In this document: positions 63,622 to 64,000 of the stretch, piece after piece | Position numbering within the stretch: position 1 is the first letter of the stretch | How the letters are laid out: every line of letters begins with the position of its first letter | Assembly: GCF_009834535.1 (NCBI RefSeq) | Contig: NC_045696.1 | Coordinates: 110,176,001 to 110,240,000, forward strand | Origin: Camelus ferus | Taxonomy: Eukaryota | DNA: 64,000 nucleotides | Direction: 5' to 3' | Notes under the pieces: model-generated | Told to the model about the DNA's origin: nothing | The model's database searches: none | What the model saw: only the letters and a program-made list of their open reading frames with translations | Position numbers and translations under genes: made by a program

Positions 63622-64000
63622 ATGGAATACTATTCAGCCATAAAAAGAATAAAATAATGCCATTTGCAGCAACATGGATGGACCTGGAGAATGTTATTCT
63701 AAGTGAAGTAAGCCAGAAAGAGAAAGAAAAATACTATATGACATCACTTATATGTGGAATCTAAAAAAAAAGACAAATGAACTTATTTACAAAACAGAAA
63801 CAGACTCACAGACATAGAAAACAAACTTATGGTTACCAGTGGGGGAAGGGGATGGGAAGGGATACATTGGGAGTTTGAGATTTGCAGATACTAACAAATA
63901 TATATAAAATAGATAAACAGCAATTTCATGCTGTATAGCACAGGGAACTATATTCAATATCTTGTAGCAACTATGGTGAAAAAGAGCATGAAAACGAATA
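63495..64000 (+). mobile_element. Young L1 3' fragment running off the window end
   Basis: Same 3' UTR type as 3519-4106; contains (CA)n at ~63581-63613. Confidence 0.9.

Overview
Mammalian genomic DNA, probably camelid (inferred from a tRNA-Ala-derived Vic-1-like SINE and the L1 3' ends). The window holds the 5' end of a minus-strand gene that I recognise from memory of the human 5' UTR as TMEM108 (retrolinkin). Visible parts are a CpG-island promoter (~57140-58050), non-coding exon 1 (donor at 57759/57758), a 119-nt non-coding exon 2 (51065-50947) and about 51 kb of the very long intron 2. No protein-coding exon is supported; the ORF track is degraded L1 ORF2 fragments, GC-rich chance ORFs and noise. 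The rest is repeats: a TSD-flanked full-span L1, several nested or truncated younger L1s, old L1M pieces, L2, MIR, Tigger and hAT MITEs, ERVL/MaLR LTRs, a dead U6 retrocopy and one SINE. I found no novel gene system. The most unusual signals are clustered breakpoints among the young L1 fragments, a stack of uORFs in exon 2, and several candidate cryptic exons. Repeat family names are by eye and need RepeatMasker/Dfam confirmation.
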